From a virus, in the IMG/VR virus record IMGVR_UViG_3300025018_000004, positions 1 to 64,000 of that record: DNA of 64,000 nt; one strand, given 5' to 3'. The notes beneath the pieces are model-generated. The model was not told where the DNA came from and did not search any database. It was given only the letters and a program-made list of their open reading frames with translations. The translations under genes were made by a program, and so were the position numbers. Shown piece after piece: positions 24,572-34,404 of this stretch. Each line of letters opens with the position of its first letter. The stretch's first letter is position 1.

Positions 24572-25384
24572 ATGAAACAGATTCAAATCCGACGTAAAGA
24601 AACAACTCACTCCTACCTGCCAAACCGCGTGGTTGCGGATGCCAGGAAGAAGTTGGGTTCTATTTTCGTTTCTCGTAGCCCTCTTCGTGGTCTGACCCAG
24701 GAAGAAGAGCGGACATATCTCCCAGAAGTCCTTGGGATTGGAGCAGATCATCAGAACTTCCAGGCCAAGGTCCGCCAGTTCTGGGCAGACTTCACCATCG
24801 ACGTTCCTCATGATGGCGTTGTTCTCGACATCACGACGACTGAGAAGGGAGTTCCTCTCCACATTGATGACTGGATCAAGTACCAGTGGGCCAAGAAGCA
24901 CCGCTTTGTGGCAGACAACGCAGAGGATATGCGCAAGGATCCTCTGAAGACGTTCTACATCTATGATCCTGAGAAGGAGATTGGAAAGCAGCACCGCACT
25001 CTGCAGGACAAGAAAGCGGCGTTCAAGGAATTCATCAAGATCAGCGAAGATCCAAATGCTGTTATTCGTGTTCTCCGCGTCCTTGGCAAAACGAATCCAG
25101 ACAATATGTCTGAGACTCAACGTGAGAACATGCTTGCTCAGCTCTTGGAAGACAGTCCAATGAAGTTTTTGGCGGTTGCAACCGACAAGAACCTCGAAAT
25201 CCAGGATGAAATCTTCAAGCTCATTGAGGCAGACGTCGTTCGTCAGATTGGCTCCTCGTATCTCTACTTGGATAAGACCATTGGAGAAACCTTGGACGAA
25301 GCCATTCAGTTCATGAAAAGCAAGACCAATTCGAAGACCGTGGCTGAAATGAAAGCCAAGCTCAAAGAGTTCGCAACCGCATAA
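24572..25384 (+). CDS. virion-module protein, unknown role (270 aa)
   Basis: ORF track 24461..25384, trimmed to ATG 24572 (MKQIQIRRKE...). The extension overlaps the capsid gene and the hairpin. Confidence 0.7.
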   Translation: MKQIQIRRKETTHSYLPNRVVADARKKLGSIFVSRSPLRGLTQEEERTYLPEVLGIGADHQNFQAKVRQFWADFTIDVPHDGVVLDITTTEKGVPLHIDDWIKYQWAKKHRFVADNAEDMRKDPLKTFYIYDPEKEIGKQHRTLQDKKAAFKEFIKISEDPNAVIRVLRVLGKTNPDNMSETQRENMLAQLLEDSPMKFLAVATDKNLEIQDEIFKLIEADVVRQIGSSYLYLDKTIGETLDEAIQFMKSKTNSKTVAEMKAKLKEFATA

Positions 25385-25390
25385 GAAACC

Positions 25391-26053
25391 ATGACCGCAG
25401 CACAGCTTCATGTAGCAATAAACACCCGACTCCAGCAGGTTGGGGCTCATGTCAACGATGACTTCCTCATCGATGAGATTGATTACTATTTGACAGCTGC
25501 GCAACGGGAAATCGTTGTAAATCGCGTGCAGCAGTCAGCAGGGGATCCTGCTCAGTTGGCAGTGAATGACATTCGTCCACTTGTCTCTGAGCAGGTTCTC
25601 CTGCCACTGTTTGATGCCACCGCCTTTCCTGCTGGGGTGGATAACGAGTATTATTGCCCATATCCAGATGACTACATCATGTGGCTGTCATCTGAGACAG
25701 GTCTGACCAGAACAGCAGATCCTGAGATTCTGGTCAAGGAGTATGTTCAAAATCAGACTATCACAGAAACCCAAGTTGCTCAATTCAGGACCAACACTGA
25801 GCACAAGCCACATATCAGGAATCCGCGAGTACTGGTGAGGGAGGATTTCCTGCACGTATTCTGTGACTATCAGACTACACTCGTAGACCAGAAGATCACG
25901 TATGTTAGATTCCCTCTGGATATCATCCTTGATGAATCTGATGACTTTGTCAACCAGGATCCAGAGCTTCCAGATCACATGCACGAAGAGATCATCCAGA
26001 GAGCTCTCCAGAAGATGCTCGGTGATCTCAACGCAGAACCACAAGAAGGATGA
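25391..26053 (+). CDS. virion-module protein (220 aa), paralog-like to the next ORF
   Basis: ATG start. The N-terminus MTAAQLHVAINTRLQQVG...AQREIV and C-terminus LPDHMHEEIIQRALQKML parallel those of ORF 26050. Confidence 0.7.
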   Translation: MTAAQLHVAINTRLQQVGAHVNDDFLIDEIDYYLTAAQREIVVNRVQQSAGDPAQLAVNDIRPLVSEQVLLPLFDATAFPAGVDNEYYCPYPDDYIMWLSSETGLTRTADPEILVKEYVQNQTITETQVAQFRTNTEHKPHIRNPRVLVREDFLHVFCDYQTTLVDQKITYVRFPLDIILDESDDFVNQDPELPDHMHEEIIQRALQKMLGDLNAEPQEG

Positions 26054-26754
26054 CAGCAAGACAGATGCAAATCGCCTTCCAGGACGCCTTTGAGCGCTCT
26101 GGTCTTGAGTTGAACCTGACGTCAACTGAACTCTTCAAGGAGCTCAATGACGCCCAGGATATCATTGTAGCTGAGCTGTTCTCACAGTTCGAGGCAACAA
26201 ATCAAGTCTCTGCTGCACTTGCGCCTCTCGTGATCCGGAATCTTGAAATCGAAACTGATTACCCTGGCGTAAATACAATCAGCGGGTACACGATTGATAG
26301 AGCTAATCTTCCTTCAAACTTTCGCTTCTTCATCTCTCTTACCTCAAAGGTAGAATGGGTGTATGGCGGATACTCTGGCACAACTGTTGATAGTGGCACC
26401 AATAACCGTACTGTAGACGATGTTGGAAAAGACACTTCCTATCGGTTTACAGGGATCTCTCAGCAGGATGACATTTACAGAATGCTGGCTGATCCTTTCA
26501 ACAGACCTAATTTCAGGGGTCCCGTCGCTGTCCTACATGACTCATTCATTGATGTGTACTCAGATAATTCGACCTTCGTAGTACCAAACGTCTATCTGGA
26601 TTATCTCAAAGATCCAGATCAGATCTCCATCACCGGCGCAGGCACGCCGAGTGAACTGCCTGATGAACTACATCGGCAGATCGTAGATACAGCAGTAGAA
26701 CGCTATTTGCAGCGAGTCACTGGTGTTAGATCAACAACCACTCAAGCAGAATAA
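26050..26754 (+). CDS. virion-module protein (234 aa)
   Basis: ATGA overlap with the upstream ORF. N-terminus MTARQMQIAFQDAFERSG...AQDIIV and C-terminus LPDELHRQIVDTAVERYL. Confidence 0.7.
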   Translation: MTARQMQIAFQDAFERSGLELNLTSTELFKELNDAQDIIVAELFSQFEATNQVSAALAPLVIRNLEIETDYPGVNTISGYTIDRANLPSNFRFFISLTSKVEWVYGGYSGTTVDSGTNNRTVDDVGKDTSYRFTGISQQDDIYRMLADPFNRPNFRGPVAVLHDSFIDVYSDNSTFVVPNVYLDYLKDPDQISITGAGTPSELPDELHRQIVDTAVERYLQRVTGVRSTTTQAE

Positions 26755-26759
26755 ATACC

Positions 26760-27905
26760 ATGAACCCTCTCGTATACATCCAGAACACTGGAGCTTTCGC
26801 AAACGGAAGTGCAACGGACCCTTCAGGAGTCGCTGCTGGCAAAATCGCTGTGTTCAATGCAGCAACCGGAGCCGAGCACAGCTTTGAAGATACCCCGATG
26901 CCAGCTAAGTTTTACATTGTCCAGGGACACGCTGATCAGCCGATCATCTCCCCTGTCATCGAATCTGCCAACGTTGTCAATGCTGAGTACCTCGCGTACA
27001 CGGCTCCTGTCAAGAAGTTGGTTACGATTACCAGCATTCCCGCTGGACCCACTGGTGGCGATACCTATACCGTCAAGGTGGTGAATCTCAAAACGGACAC
27101 AGAGCCATTTGCCCGTAAGAACTACGAGATCGTTGTTCCTGCTTCCCAGGCCGATGAAGACTCTATTTACGCGCTGGTTGCTGCCAACAAGGCTGATGCA
27201 AGTCGCTTTGTTGATTTCGGCGCCAATAAGATCGATACCAAGACTGTCACTGGTACGAACGGTAACCTGGTGCTTACTGTAACTGACCCTGAGAATGATC
27301 TCTCTATCAGTTACACGACTGCCTTCAATACCAACGTAGCCACGACTATCGACGATCTTGTAGCAAATCATGCTGCTTCGCTCCTGGCGAACTTTGGTAT
27401 CACAGTGACTGACGGAACCACGACTGCTATCTTTACGGGTGGTGTAGGCTCTGGTGACTTCACGATTGTTGATACGGACTCAACTGGTGACATGGCGGCT
27501 TCGATCTCCGTGACGGAAGCCACAAGCCTCTTGATCCAGTCGTCTGAAGTCGATGACAACTTCCAGGTGTTCTTGAATGACACCACTGGTTCTGGTATCT
27601 CTGGCGCTACCGCTACCGACACTACGGCATGGAAGGAGGGTTCAGGCTCTGCGGCTCAACTGCTTGCTACGGAACTCACTAGCCATGGTCGTCGTGGTAA
27701 CTACTACCGTGAGACGCCTCAGCCTCTGATTCCAGAAACCTTTGCTGATGTAACGACTCCTGGGACATACAATCTCTGGACGTTCCTCGTGAAGACGAAT
27801 CAGGAAGGTCAGTCTCCTGTGAAGGGAAATCAGTACTACCAGGTTGTTATTGCTGGTAAGGCCGCTGTGACTGGAAGTTGGAATACGTTCCTGGCTACTT
27901 CCTAA
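26760..27905 (+). CDS. abundant virion protein candidate (381 aa) carrying one copy of the shared ~85-aa module
   Basis: ATG start, followed by two hairpins including a strong terminator. It contains LVLTVTDPENDLSISYTTAFNTNVATTIDDLVANHAASLLANFGITVTDG...DSTGDMAASISVT. Confidence 0.75.
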   Translation: MNPLVYIQNTGAFANGSATDPSGVAAGKIAVFNAATGAEHSFEDTPMPAKFYIVQGHADQPIISPVIESANVVNAEYLAYTAPVKKLVTITSIPAGPTGGDTYTVKVVNLKTDTEPFARKNYEIVVPASQADEDSIYALVAANKADASRFVDFGANKIDTKTVTGTNGNLVLTVTDPENDLSISYTTAFNTNVATTIDDLVANHAASLLANFGITVTDGTTTAIFTGGVGSGDFTIVDTDSTGDMAASISVTEATSLLIQSSEVDDNFQVFLNDTTGSGISGATATDTTAWKEGSGSAAQLLATELTSHGRRGNYYRETPQPLIPETFADVTTPGTYNLWTFLVKTNQEGQSPVKGNQYYQVVIAGKAAVTGSWNTFLATS

Positions 27906-27933
27906 GCTGCTTTCCGTAGACCTCTACGGTTAT

Positions 27934-27968
27934 GGGGGTGGCTCTCTTGCCGAGGGTCACCCCCTTTT
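27934..27968 (+). terminator. rho-independent terminator
   Basis: GGGGGTGGC (27934-42) pairs with GGTCACCCCC (27955-64) as a 9-bp stem with one G-U, followed by TTTT. A smaller hairpin CCGTAG/CTACGG lies at 27914-27929. Confidence 0.7.
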
Positions 27969-28048
27969 CGTAGATCACTTTTATTTTCATAATTCATGTC
28001 GTTGCGGGAGCACTTTTTGCGTGTGCCTGTAAAAAGGAGAGGACCAAA

Positions 28049-28330
28049 ATGATGACCTTATGGATGCTGTTCATTCAAGAGTTGCCAGATGGAGTAATAG
28101 AAACAATTTCGAAGGTCTCCCCTTACGATGCCACAGCATACGGAGGTTTAGTTTTAGTCCTTCTAATAATGTTGTATCTGCAGTACAAAGACAAACAGCG
28201 TCAAGCTGAATCTCTCGAGAAGCTTGTTGAAACGCTGAAGGACATCGAGATTAACCTTAGAGCAATCCCAGATTTGAAAATGCTAATCCTCTCTAGATTG
28301 CTCAATAACAAATCAGACTCAGATGCTTAA
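28049..28330 (+). CDS. single-pass membrane protein (93 aa)
   Basis: A strong SD, AAGGAGAGG, lies 7 nt upstream of the ATG. The TM segment is YGGLVLVLLIMLYLQY. Confidence 0.6.
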   Translation: MMTLWMLFIQELPDGVIETISKVSPYDATAYGGLVLVLLIMLYLQYKDKQRQAESLEKLVETLKDIEINLRAIPDLKMLILSRLLNNKSDSDA

Positions 28331-28838
28331 TGGACTGAAGAATATGTTCCAGGCTGTTGACCGTCATCGTGATGCACAAAAGGCTCTAACCGCACAGACA
28401 CTGCGCATAAAAGCTCTTCGTCTCAATGATGAGAACGTACCGGAAGTGCCCGTAGAGTTCAAAGTCCATGGTTTTTGGGAAAGAACAAGCAAAAAACTTG
28501 GCCATGGTGTGATGTTCAACAGGACGTCATATCAATCGGATGACGAAGTGGCTTTAGCATGCCAATGGGAAAATGGGGCAATGCTACATCCACACGTCCA
28601 CCCTGATGCTGACGAATTCATTTACGTAATTCGAGGATCTCTAAAGGACATACACAGTGGAGCTATTCTCCTTCCTGGAGAAGAGGTGTCTGTAGAACAG
28701 ATTATGGAAGGGAATGCTCACAGTCAGCCATATGTGATTCCAGCAGGGCAGATACACTTTCTACAGGCTCTTGAGCGAGATACCTTTTTCGTAGTTAAAC
28801 TCAAGAAAGCCAATGTCAACTCAGATAACAATCAATGA
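28323..28838 (+). CDS. cupin-domain protein (171 aa)
   Basis: LHPHVHPDADEFIYVIRG fits cupin motif 1 (HxH...E......G). YVIPAGQIHFLQA fits motif 2 (P.G..H). Confidence 0.6.
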   Translation: MLNGLKNMFQAVDRHRDAQKALTAQTLRIKALRLNDENVPEVPVEFKVHGFWERTSKKLGHGVMFNRTSYQSDDEVALACQWENGAMLHPHVHPDADEFIYVIRGSLKDIHSGAILLPGEEVSVEQIMEGNAHSQPYVIPAGQIHFLQALERDTFFVVKLKKANVNSDNNQ

Positions 28839-29454
28839 TGCAACTGAGGGAAAATCCAAAATTGGAAAGGTCTCCCTCTGGCTCAATATCATTCTGCTAG
28901 CACTTCTTGCAATTTCATGGGTGACTAGACCCAAGATCCTGGATCCTGAGATCATAGAGCGGGTGGAGACAGTTGTTGAAACAGACACCATCTATGTCGA
29001 CAACGTGATCCGAGAGGTAGAGCTTGTCAGAGATACAGTAATCGTTCACGATAGCATTCCAAGTGGAGTATCGTCCTCTAAATTGGACGGTCTCGAGCCT
29101 CTGAGAACCTATTATAGGAGCTTCCAGGACAGTTTAATCACTGGAAGGATTGTTTCCCTCACTCGTGGAGAGCTTTTGGAACAGAAGTTGTTCTACAAGT
29201 CATTGAAGCCAGAAGTAATCCTCAAGACAGTCACAAACACGGAATATGTCACAGAGAGGATCATCGTCAAACAAAGCTTTTTGCAAGCTGGATTAGACAT
29301 TGGTGTAGCTGCTTCAGGTCTCCAAGTCAACCCAATGATCGGGTATAGTCACCACTCAGGATATTCGGTATTTTATCGATATTCTCCATGGGAAGGTGGC
29401 GGACACAGCGTTGGGTTCATGTCACCTATCAGAATCCCCTGGTTGAATCTATGA
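28813..29454 (+). CDS. membrane-anchored beta-rich protein (213 aa)
   Basis: N-terminal TM segment VSLWLNIILLALLAISWV. The C-terminus has alternating, aromatic-rich sequence ending ...GFMSPIRIPWLNL. Confidence 0.6.
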   Translation: MSTQITINDATEGKSKIGKVSLWLNIILLALLAISWVTRPKILDPEIIERVETVVETDTIYVDNVIREVELVRDTVIVHDSIPSGVSSSKLDGLEPLRTYYRSFQDSLITGRIVSLTRGELLEQKLFYKSLKPEVILKTVTNTEYVTERIIVKQSFLQAGLDIGVAASGLQVNPMIGYSHHSGYSVFYRYSPWEGGGHSVGFMSPIRIPWLNL

Positions 29455-30656
29455 CCATCGAAAAGGCAAAGCAGTTCCTCATAGACCATCCTGGTTATCT
29501 CAAATGGGGAGCTGACCGCCTCTCCGAGAAACTGGGACTTTCTCGATCTTTGATTACTGATTTGAAAGCCGTTGTCAGAGTAGAGACAGCTGTATCAAAT
29601 GACTCGAGATCCTTCAATGAAGGAGGAGAACCTCCAATAGACGGTACTGCTTATGATCAGTACCTGGCTCTAAATGGTATTTCTCCAGATGATGTTGTAT
29701 CTGTCAAATACTGGCAGAACATGGGCGGAGAGCAGAGATTCAGCGTTGTCACCAAAGAAGACAACGAACTCTCCCAGACACAGATGGAAGAGGCCGTCTT
29801 TTCTCTGTTTGATGGATACTCTCCCCCTGTGTATGTGGCTCCATCTCCTTTCGTTGAAGACAAGTGTGCAATCATCAACCTCTATGATGCGCACGTTGAC
29901 AAAGTTATTTTGTCAGGAGAGGTATATGATGACGATACAGACTTGAATCTGGAAGAACGCTTTCAACAGCTAGAAGAAAGATTCGATGAGCTTCTATCTG
30001 GCGTAGCAATGCATCACCCAGAGACCATCTTCTTTCCCGTTGGAAACGACTTCTTTACTACCAACGGTCCTGGTCAAGGAACGAAGAGAGGAACACCACA
30101 GCGTACCATTGCGCCCCATGAGGAAGTCTTCCTTCGTGGGGCTCGTTTTTATATGGACTGCGTGTGCAAACTTCTACAGGTAGCCCAGAACGTTGAGGTG
30201 GCCATCATCCGTGGCAATCATGACGCAGATGCTGTATTCTACCTCGGGGTCGCACTCAAGATGGGTCTTGCTCACGAGAGTCGAGTGACAGTCCATATGT
30301 CCAGGCATGCCCGTAAGTACTTCGAGTACGGTATTTGGGGATTTGGCTTTGGCCATGGGGACAATGAGAAGCGCAACATGGATCGTATGCCACTCTGGTT
30401 TGCGCAGGAAGCCAAGTCAATATGGTATCGCACCAAGTTTCATGAGCTCTTCCTCGGAGATGTTCATCACCGAGAGGAATACAAATTCCGGTCTTCTTAT
30501 GACGGAGTTGGAATGTCAGCCCATTTCCTCAGATCTACCAATGGTGTCGACCAATGGCACTCTGATTCTGGTTGGATAGGGATTCCGAAGGAGATCAGCG
30601 CTACCATTTTCAGTCGTGATAGGGGTCGTAAAAACGCAGTAAACGTATCTTGGTGA
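29451..30656 (+). CDS. calcineurin-like metallophosphoesterase (401 aa)
   Basis: ORF track 29388..30656, trimmed to ATG 29451 (ATGA overlap). Motifs appear in order: LYDAHVD (DxH), VGNDFF (GD-like), IIRGNHDAD (GNHD), GFGHGD (H) and LGDVHH (GxH). Confidence 0.7.
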   Translation: MTIEKAKQFLIDHPGYLKWGADRLSEKLGLSRSLITDLKAVVRVETAVSNDSRSFNEGGEPPIDGTAYDQYLALNGISPDDVVSVKYWQNMGGEQRFSVVTKEDNELSQTQMEEAVFSLFDGYSPPVYVAPSPFVEDKCAIINLYDAHVDKVILSGEVYDDDTDLNLEERFQQLEERFDELLSGVAMHHPETIFFPVGNDFFTTNGPGQGTKRGTPQRTIAPHEEVFLRGARFYMDCVCKLLQVAQNVEVAIIRGNHDADAVFYLGVALKMGLAHESRVTVHMSRHARKYFEYGIWGFGFGHGDNEKRNMDRMPLWFAQEAKSIWYRTKFHELFLGDVHHREEYKFRSSYDGVGMSAHFLRSTNGVDQWHSDSGWIGIPKEISATIFSRDRGRKNAVNVSW

Positions 30657-30660
30657 GAAC

Positions 30661-30894
30661 ATGTCTGACTATATCGACAAGAAGCTTGGAGATCACACCC
30701 CTAACTTGGCGTACGATTTGCCAGAAACACTGATGTCAATCAGGAAACATATACGGATTGCAGAATTTGAAACCCTACCTTCCCACCTAAAAAGGGCCCA
30801 AGAATTGCTTGATATTGTCAAGGAAGACATAGAAACTCATCTGCTTTTACTGGGAAATGAGATTGAGCAGGCTAGGGAGAGAATGAATCAATGA
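30661..30894 (+). CDS. hypothetical protein (77 aa)
   Basis: ORF track, ATG start, ATGA overlap with the next ORF. Confidence 0.6.
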   Translation: MSDYIDKKLGDHTPNLAYDLPETLMSIRKHIRIAEFETLPSHLKRAQELLDIVKEDIETHLLLLGNEIEQARERMNQ

Positions 30895-31592
30895 TTACAC
30901 TTAACCAAGCGGCGTACAACATCCTCAATCAGTTGAGAGGTGGAAGATCGTCCAACAACGAATATATTTCGTTGTCTCAAATCAAATTCTGGATCAAGTA
31001 CTATCGCGCTCTTCTGATCCGCAGGGATGAGGAGCGCTTTTCCCGTGTTGAAGGACTAGCCCAATCCATTGTAGTCCCCATTGCCGCAAGCAACGTTTCC
31101 TGGGGCACGCCAGCCCAAACAAACCCTCCAGCCTCTTCCGTACCTGAGTACACCGCGATATCTGCGTCAGTGCTTCCAAACATTGTTCGTCTAAAGGATC
31201 GTCCTGCCATCATGCAGGTTCTTGTGGATGGCACTCGTCAGGTGATTCCATACATCGATAGCCGCAGAGGCATCTGGAATCAGTTTGACAAATACACATC
31301 CTTGTCCAGACGCTGTTGGCTGTACGGAGGAAAGCTGTACATCAACAACTGGAATCTCACAGGCGCTGTGAGTCCGCAGGTCGAGCTGACTGCGATCTTT
31401 GAGGATCCAGAGCAGGCCTACAATTTCAATCTCTCAGGGGACCCCTGGGACGATGACACAAACGATTTCCCCATCTCTTCTGATCTGCTACAGCAAGTGT
31501 CTCAGTCAGTGATAAACGGGGAAGGTCAAATCATTGCTCAAACTATGAGTGATAGAACTCTTGATAACCTTCCAGATAGACAAGCAGAATAA
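30891..31592 (+). CDS. virion/tail-module protein (233 aa)
   Basis: ORF track, ATG start, located in the structural block. Confidence 0.7.
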   Translation: MITLNQAAYNILNQLRGGRSSNNEYISLSQIKFWIKYYRALLIRRDEERFSRVEGLAQSIVVPIAASNVSWGTPAQTNPPASSVPEYTAISASVLPNIVRLKDRPAIMQVLVDGTRQVIPYIDSRRGIWNQFDKYTSLSRRCWLYGGKLYINNWNLTGAVSPQVELTAIFEDPEQAYNFNLSGDPWDDDTNDFPISSDLLQQVSQSVINGEGQIIAQTMSDRTLDNLPDRQAE

Positions 31593-31594
31593 CC

Positions 31595-32008
31595 ATGGCT
31601 AATTCAACATACGCTAAATTTCTCCAGGCCCTTGGAGAAGGAAGTATTGATCTTTCCTCAGGGACTTTCAAAATCGCTCTTGTAGATACAGGAACGTACA
31701 CAGCCGATGTCAGTGATACCGGAGACGAATTTCTCTCTGACCTATCTGGAGTGTTGGAAACTGCCACTCTAGCCACTCCGACATGGGTAAACAGGATCTT
31801 TGACGCTGATGACTTTGTTGGCAACTTCCCGGACTCTGGTGGCGGTGCCACAGGAGAGGCTCTTGTCATCTACAAAGATACCGGGGTTGCAGGAACCAGC
31901 CCTCTCATATTGTACCTGGACACTGTGACTGGTCTTCCAATTACACTTGATGGTACACCAGACTCCTTGACTTTTAATGCCTCTGGTATTTACAAGCTTG
32001 GAGCGTAA
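31595..32008 (+). CDS. virion/tail-module protein (137 aa)
   Basis: ORF track, ATG start 3 nt after the upstream stop. Confidence 0.7.
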   Translation: MANSTYAKFLQALGEGSIDLSSGTFKIALVDTGTYTADVSDTGDEFLSDLSGVLETATLATPTWVNRIFDADDFVGNFPDSGGGATGEALVIYKDTGVAGTSPLILYLDTVTGLPITLDGTPDSLTFNASGIYKLGA

Positions 32009-32050
32009 TACCATTTTTGAAGGAACGATGTCCTGGAGAGAAGTAGTCTA

Positions 32051-32542
32051 ATGACGATTGACAAACATACAAGCAAAGACGTCTTCGCTGATTACGTGTC
32101 TCGCGGAGGACCACTAGACTGGGATCAGTGGATTTCTGTTGTCTCCAGATTCAATCAGGAGATCATGGATGAAATCATCTATGAGGGCCGTGAGTTTGAC
32201 ATGGGGTCCAATCTGGCCAAACTGTCCATCATTCGCATTGATCGTAATCACGCAGCACCTAGGGTTGATTGGGCATCCACAAAGCAACTGAAGCAAGAAC
32301 TGTTGGACAAAGGAGAAACACTCCAGTCCGAAGAAAATCCAGATGGTGTTCCGTACCTGGTCTATTACACAGACGATTGGTATTGCCGCTTCTTTTGGGA
32401 GAAAAGAGTCTGCAAGATCAGAAACAAGTCAGCATACCGATTTGACGCCACTCGAGGAATGAAGGGCAATAAGACAAAGCTGGTCCAACATTTGCAGTCC
32501 GATGACTTAGCCTATCTCAAGTTTGACAAAGCAAAACCATGA
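32051..32542 (+). CDS. hypothetical protein (163 aa)
   Basis: ORF track, ATG start. Confidence 0.7.
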   Translation: MTIDKHTSKDVFADYVSRGGPLDWDQWISVVSRFNQEIMDEIIYEGREFDMGSNLAKLSIIRIDRNHAAPRVDWASTKQLKQELLDKGETLQSEENPDGVPYLVYYTDDWYCRFFWEKRVCKIRNKSAYRFDATRGMKGNKTKLVQHLQSDDLAYLKFDKAKP

Positions 32543-32802
32543 AAAATCCCATTACTGACAGCATCAACAAAAACGATCTCATTGGGCTGTTCTCGAAGCC
32601 TGGAGACAACGCTCCTTCTGGATACACTCCAGTAACTGGCCTCATTCAAGACATTCCGGATCCTGTTGATCTGGAACCAATCACGAAGGCCATCAAGGAG
32701 CTGCAGAAAGCCGTTGAATCTCTTCAGGAAGAGAACACCGACTTGAAGAAGCGAGTTTCAGATCTTGAGGAGAAGAAAAGCAGCTCAAATAAAAGAGGCT
32801 GA
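32539..32802 (+). CDS. hypothetical protein with C-terminal coiled coil (87 aa)
   Basis: ATGA overlap with the upstream ORF. The C-terminus reads KELQKAVESLQEENTDLKKRVSDLEEKK. Confidence 0.6.
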   Translation: MKNPITDSINKNDLIGLFSKPGDNAPSGYTPVTGLIQDIPDPVDLEPITKAIKELQKAVESLQEENTDLKKRVSDLEEKKSSSNKRG

Positions 32803-32809
32803 TTGAACC

Positions 32810-33853
32810 ATGGTTTACCGTACCACATCTTCTGGATTGGTCATTGCCAAGATCTATCGTGATCTCGGCAACACCATCAAGATATCTGATTGGGAGCAGG
32901 ATGCTTTTGAATGGATCGGTGAAGCTCTTGAGCACATTGGAGCTGGAGTCCAGCTGAAAAAGAAAGAGGACTCAGTCACGATCTCGTCATATAAGGCTCT
33001 TCTTCCTACAGATCTGGTTCAGCTGATTGACGTCTTCTATTCATCCAGTGTCGATGCTGACACAGAAGAGGGGTATACAGTTGAAGCAGTGATTACAGGT
33101 ACGAGTGGAGACCTGTCGTTGACGATTGATGGCACCGCATATTCAGAGACCTTTGCGTCAGATGCTTCCACAACTGCGGACAACTGGGTGACCACACATG
33201 CGTCAGCCCTCTCCGTACTTGGTATTGTTGCAACAGCTGACACTGGAACGATCACATTGGTTGTCCAGGACCTTGACGAGACCGCTACTGTCACAGACAC
33301 CTCTTCCGGAGGCGATATGGCAGCGGCATTGACTACAACAGCTGCAGTCACAACGATTGGTGATGCTGTCAAGTATCCCTTGAATCGCTCTGGCTCAACG
33401 ATGCCAAAGGGTATCAATACCACAACCAGAGGAGACTATCCTTCGTTTGCCGGTCAGTCATATGTCCTGAATCCCGATTATATCCATACAAGCTTTGAGA
33501 CCGGATATCTGTTCATCTCCTATCTGGCTCTTCCTCTTGACGACAACGGATATCCTCTGATCCCAGATGATATCTCCTACAAGGAAGCGTTCTTCTGGTA
33601 CATCATGAAGAAGCTCATGATGAGAGGCTGGCAGCATCCCTCAGGCTTTGATTATGGGTACGCTGATGCCACATGGCAGAAATACTGCAGCCAGGCTCGC
33701 AATGCAGCAAACATGCCGGATATTGCGCAATATGAGCTGTTTCTGCAGACCTGGAGAAATTTGGTGATGCCACCCGCTTCTCGAGAGAATTTCTTCGAAG
33801 AAGACGATTTCCGTAACCCAAACTGGACATATGGTACCAGTGAATTTCTATAA
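32810..33853 (+). CDS. tail-module protein (347 aa) with one copy of the shared ~85-aa module
   Basis: It contains DLSLTIDGTAYSETFASDASTTADNWVTTHASALSVLGIVATADTGTITLV...SSGGDMAAALT. Confidence 0.75.
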   Translation: MVYRTTSSGLVIAKIYRDLGNTIKISDWEQDAFEWIGEALEHIGAGVQLKKKEDSVTISSYKALLPTDLVQLIDVFYSSSVDADTEEGYTVEAVITGTSGDLSLTIDGTAYSETFASDASTTADNWVTTHASALSVLGIVATADTGTITLVVQDLDETATVTDTSSGGDMAAALTTTAAVTTIGDAVKYPLNRSGSTMPKGINTTTRGDYPSFAGQSYVLNPDYIHTSFETGYLFISYLALPLDDNGYPLIPDDISYKEAFFWYIMKKLMMRGWQHPSGFDYGYADATWQKYCSQARNAANMPDIAQYELFLQTWRNLVMPPASRENFFEEDDFRNPNWTYGTSEFL

Positions 33854-33856
33854 GCC

Positions 33857-34402
33857 ATGCCTGTAAACGGACCACACATCATTCCTCTCGTATACTCGAA
33901 GCTTCAATACTTCAGTGATTCTGCTCGCATACTTCAGTTCCTGAACAAAGCCAATCGAGTAGACGGAACCACTAAACTGATCCTTCAGCGTATCTTTGAT
34001 ACTGTTGGTGCAGGAACATCAGCAACAACTATTGGATGGATAGAAGAGGTTCTGGAAGAGATTGCCTACAACCAGCAACCAAAGATCTTCTATACCAACG
34101 AGGGAGAGGACTTTGTCATTGAGATCGATCTGGAAGTAGGTCGAGACTTTACCGGTTATCTTCTGACTGCCAGGAAGGCTGATGATCTCACACTCCTTTC
34201 CGCCAACAATACTGCTGGAGATAGCTATGCAAATGCTCCAACGCAGTATATCCAGATTCCAGACATTACGCTGGCTGCAGGCACCTTCGTCAAAATCAAC
34301 TGTAATCTGGAACATCCTGATATTTCAAACCTGGCATCAGGAGACGTCGCCACCGTTTTGACAAAAGCATTCATCTATGTCGAACCCCTCGTTGACGTAT
34401 AA
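33857..34402 (+). CDS. tail-module protein (181 aa)
   Basis: ORF track, ATG start. Confidence 0.7.
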   Translation: MPVNGPHIIPLVYSKLQYFSDSARILQFLNKANRVDGTTKLILQRIFDTVGAGTSATTIGWIEEVLEEIAYNQQPKIFYTNEGEDFVIEIDLEVGRDFTGYLLTARKADDLTLLSANNTAGDSYANAPTQYIQIPDITLAAGTFVKINCNLEHPDISNLASGDVATVLTKAFIYVEPLVDV

Positions 34403-34404
34403 GC

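Noticed and set aside
24506-25504. 332-aa minus-strand ORF antisense to the virion genes at 24572..25384 and the start of 25391
   Set aside because: It is a shadow ORF. It lies fully inside a plus-strand operon with tight coupling. Its sequence is Leu/Val/Cys/Phe-rich and low in information, and no minus-strand signals are present. The same reasoning applies to 13132..13608, 38933..39565, 50872..51465, 52645..53484 and 63017..63628.
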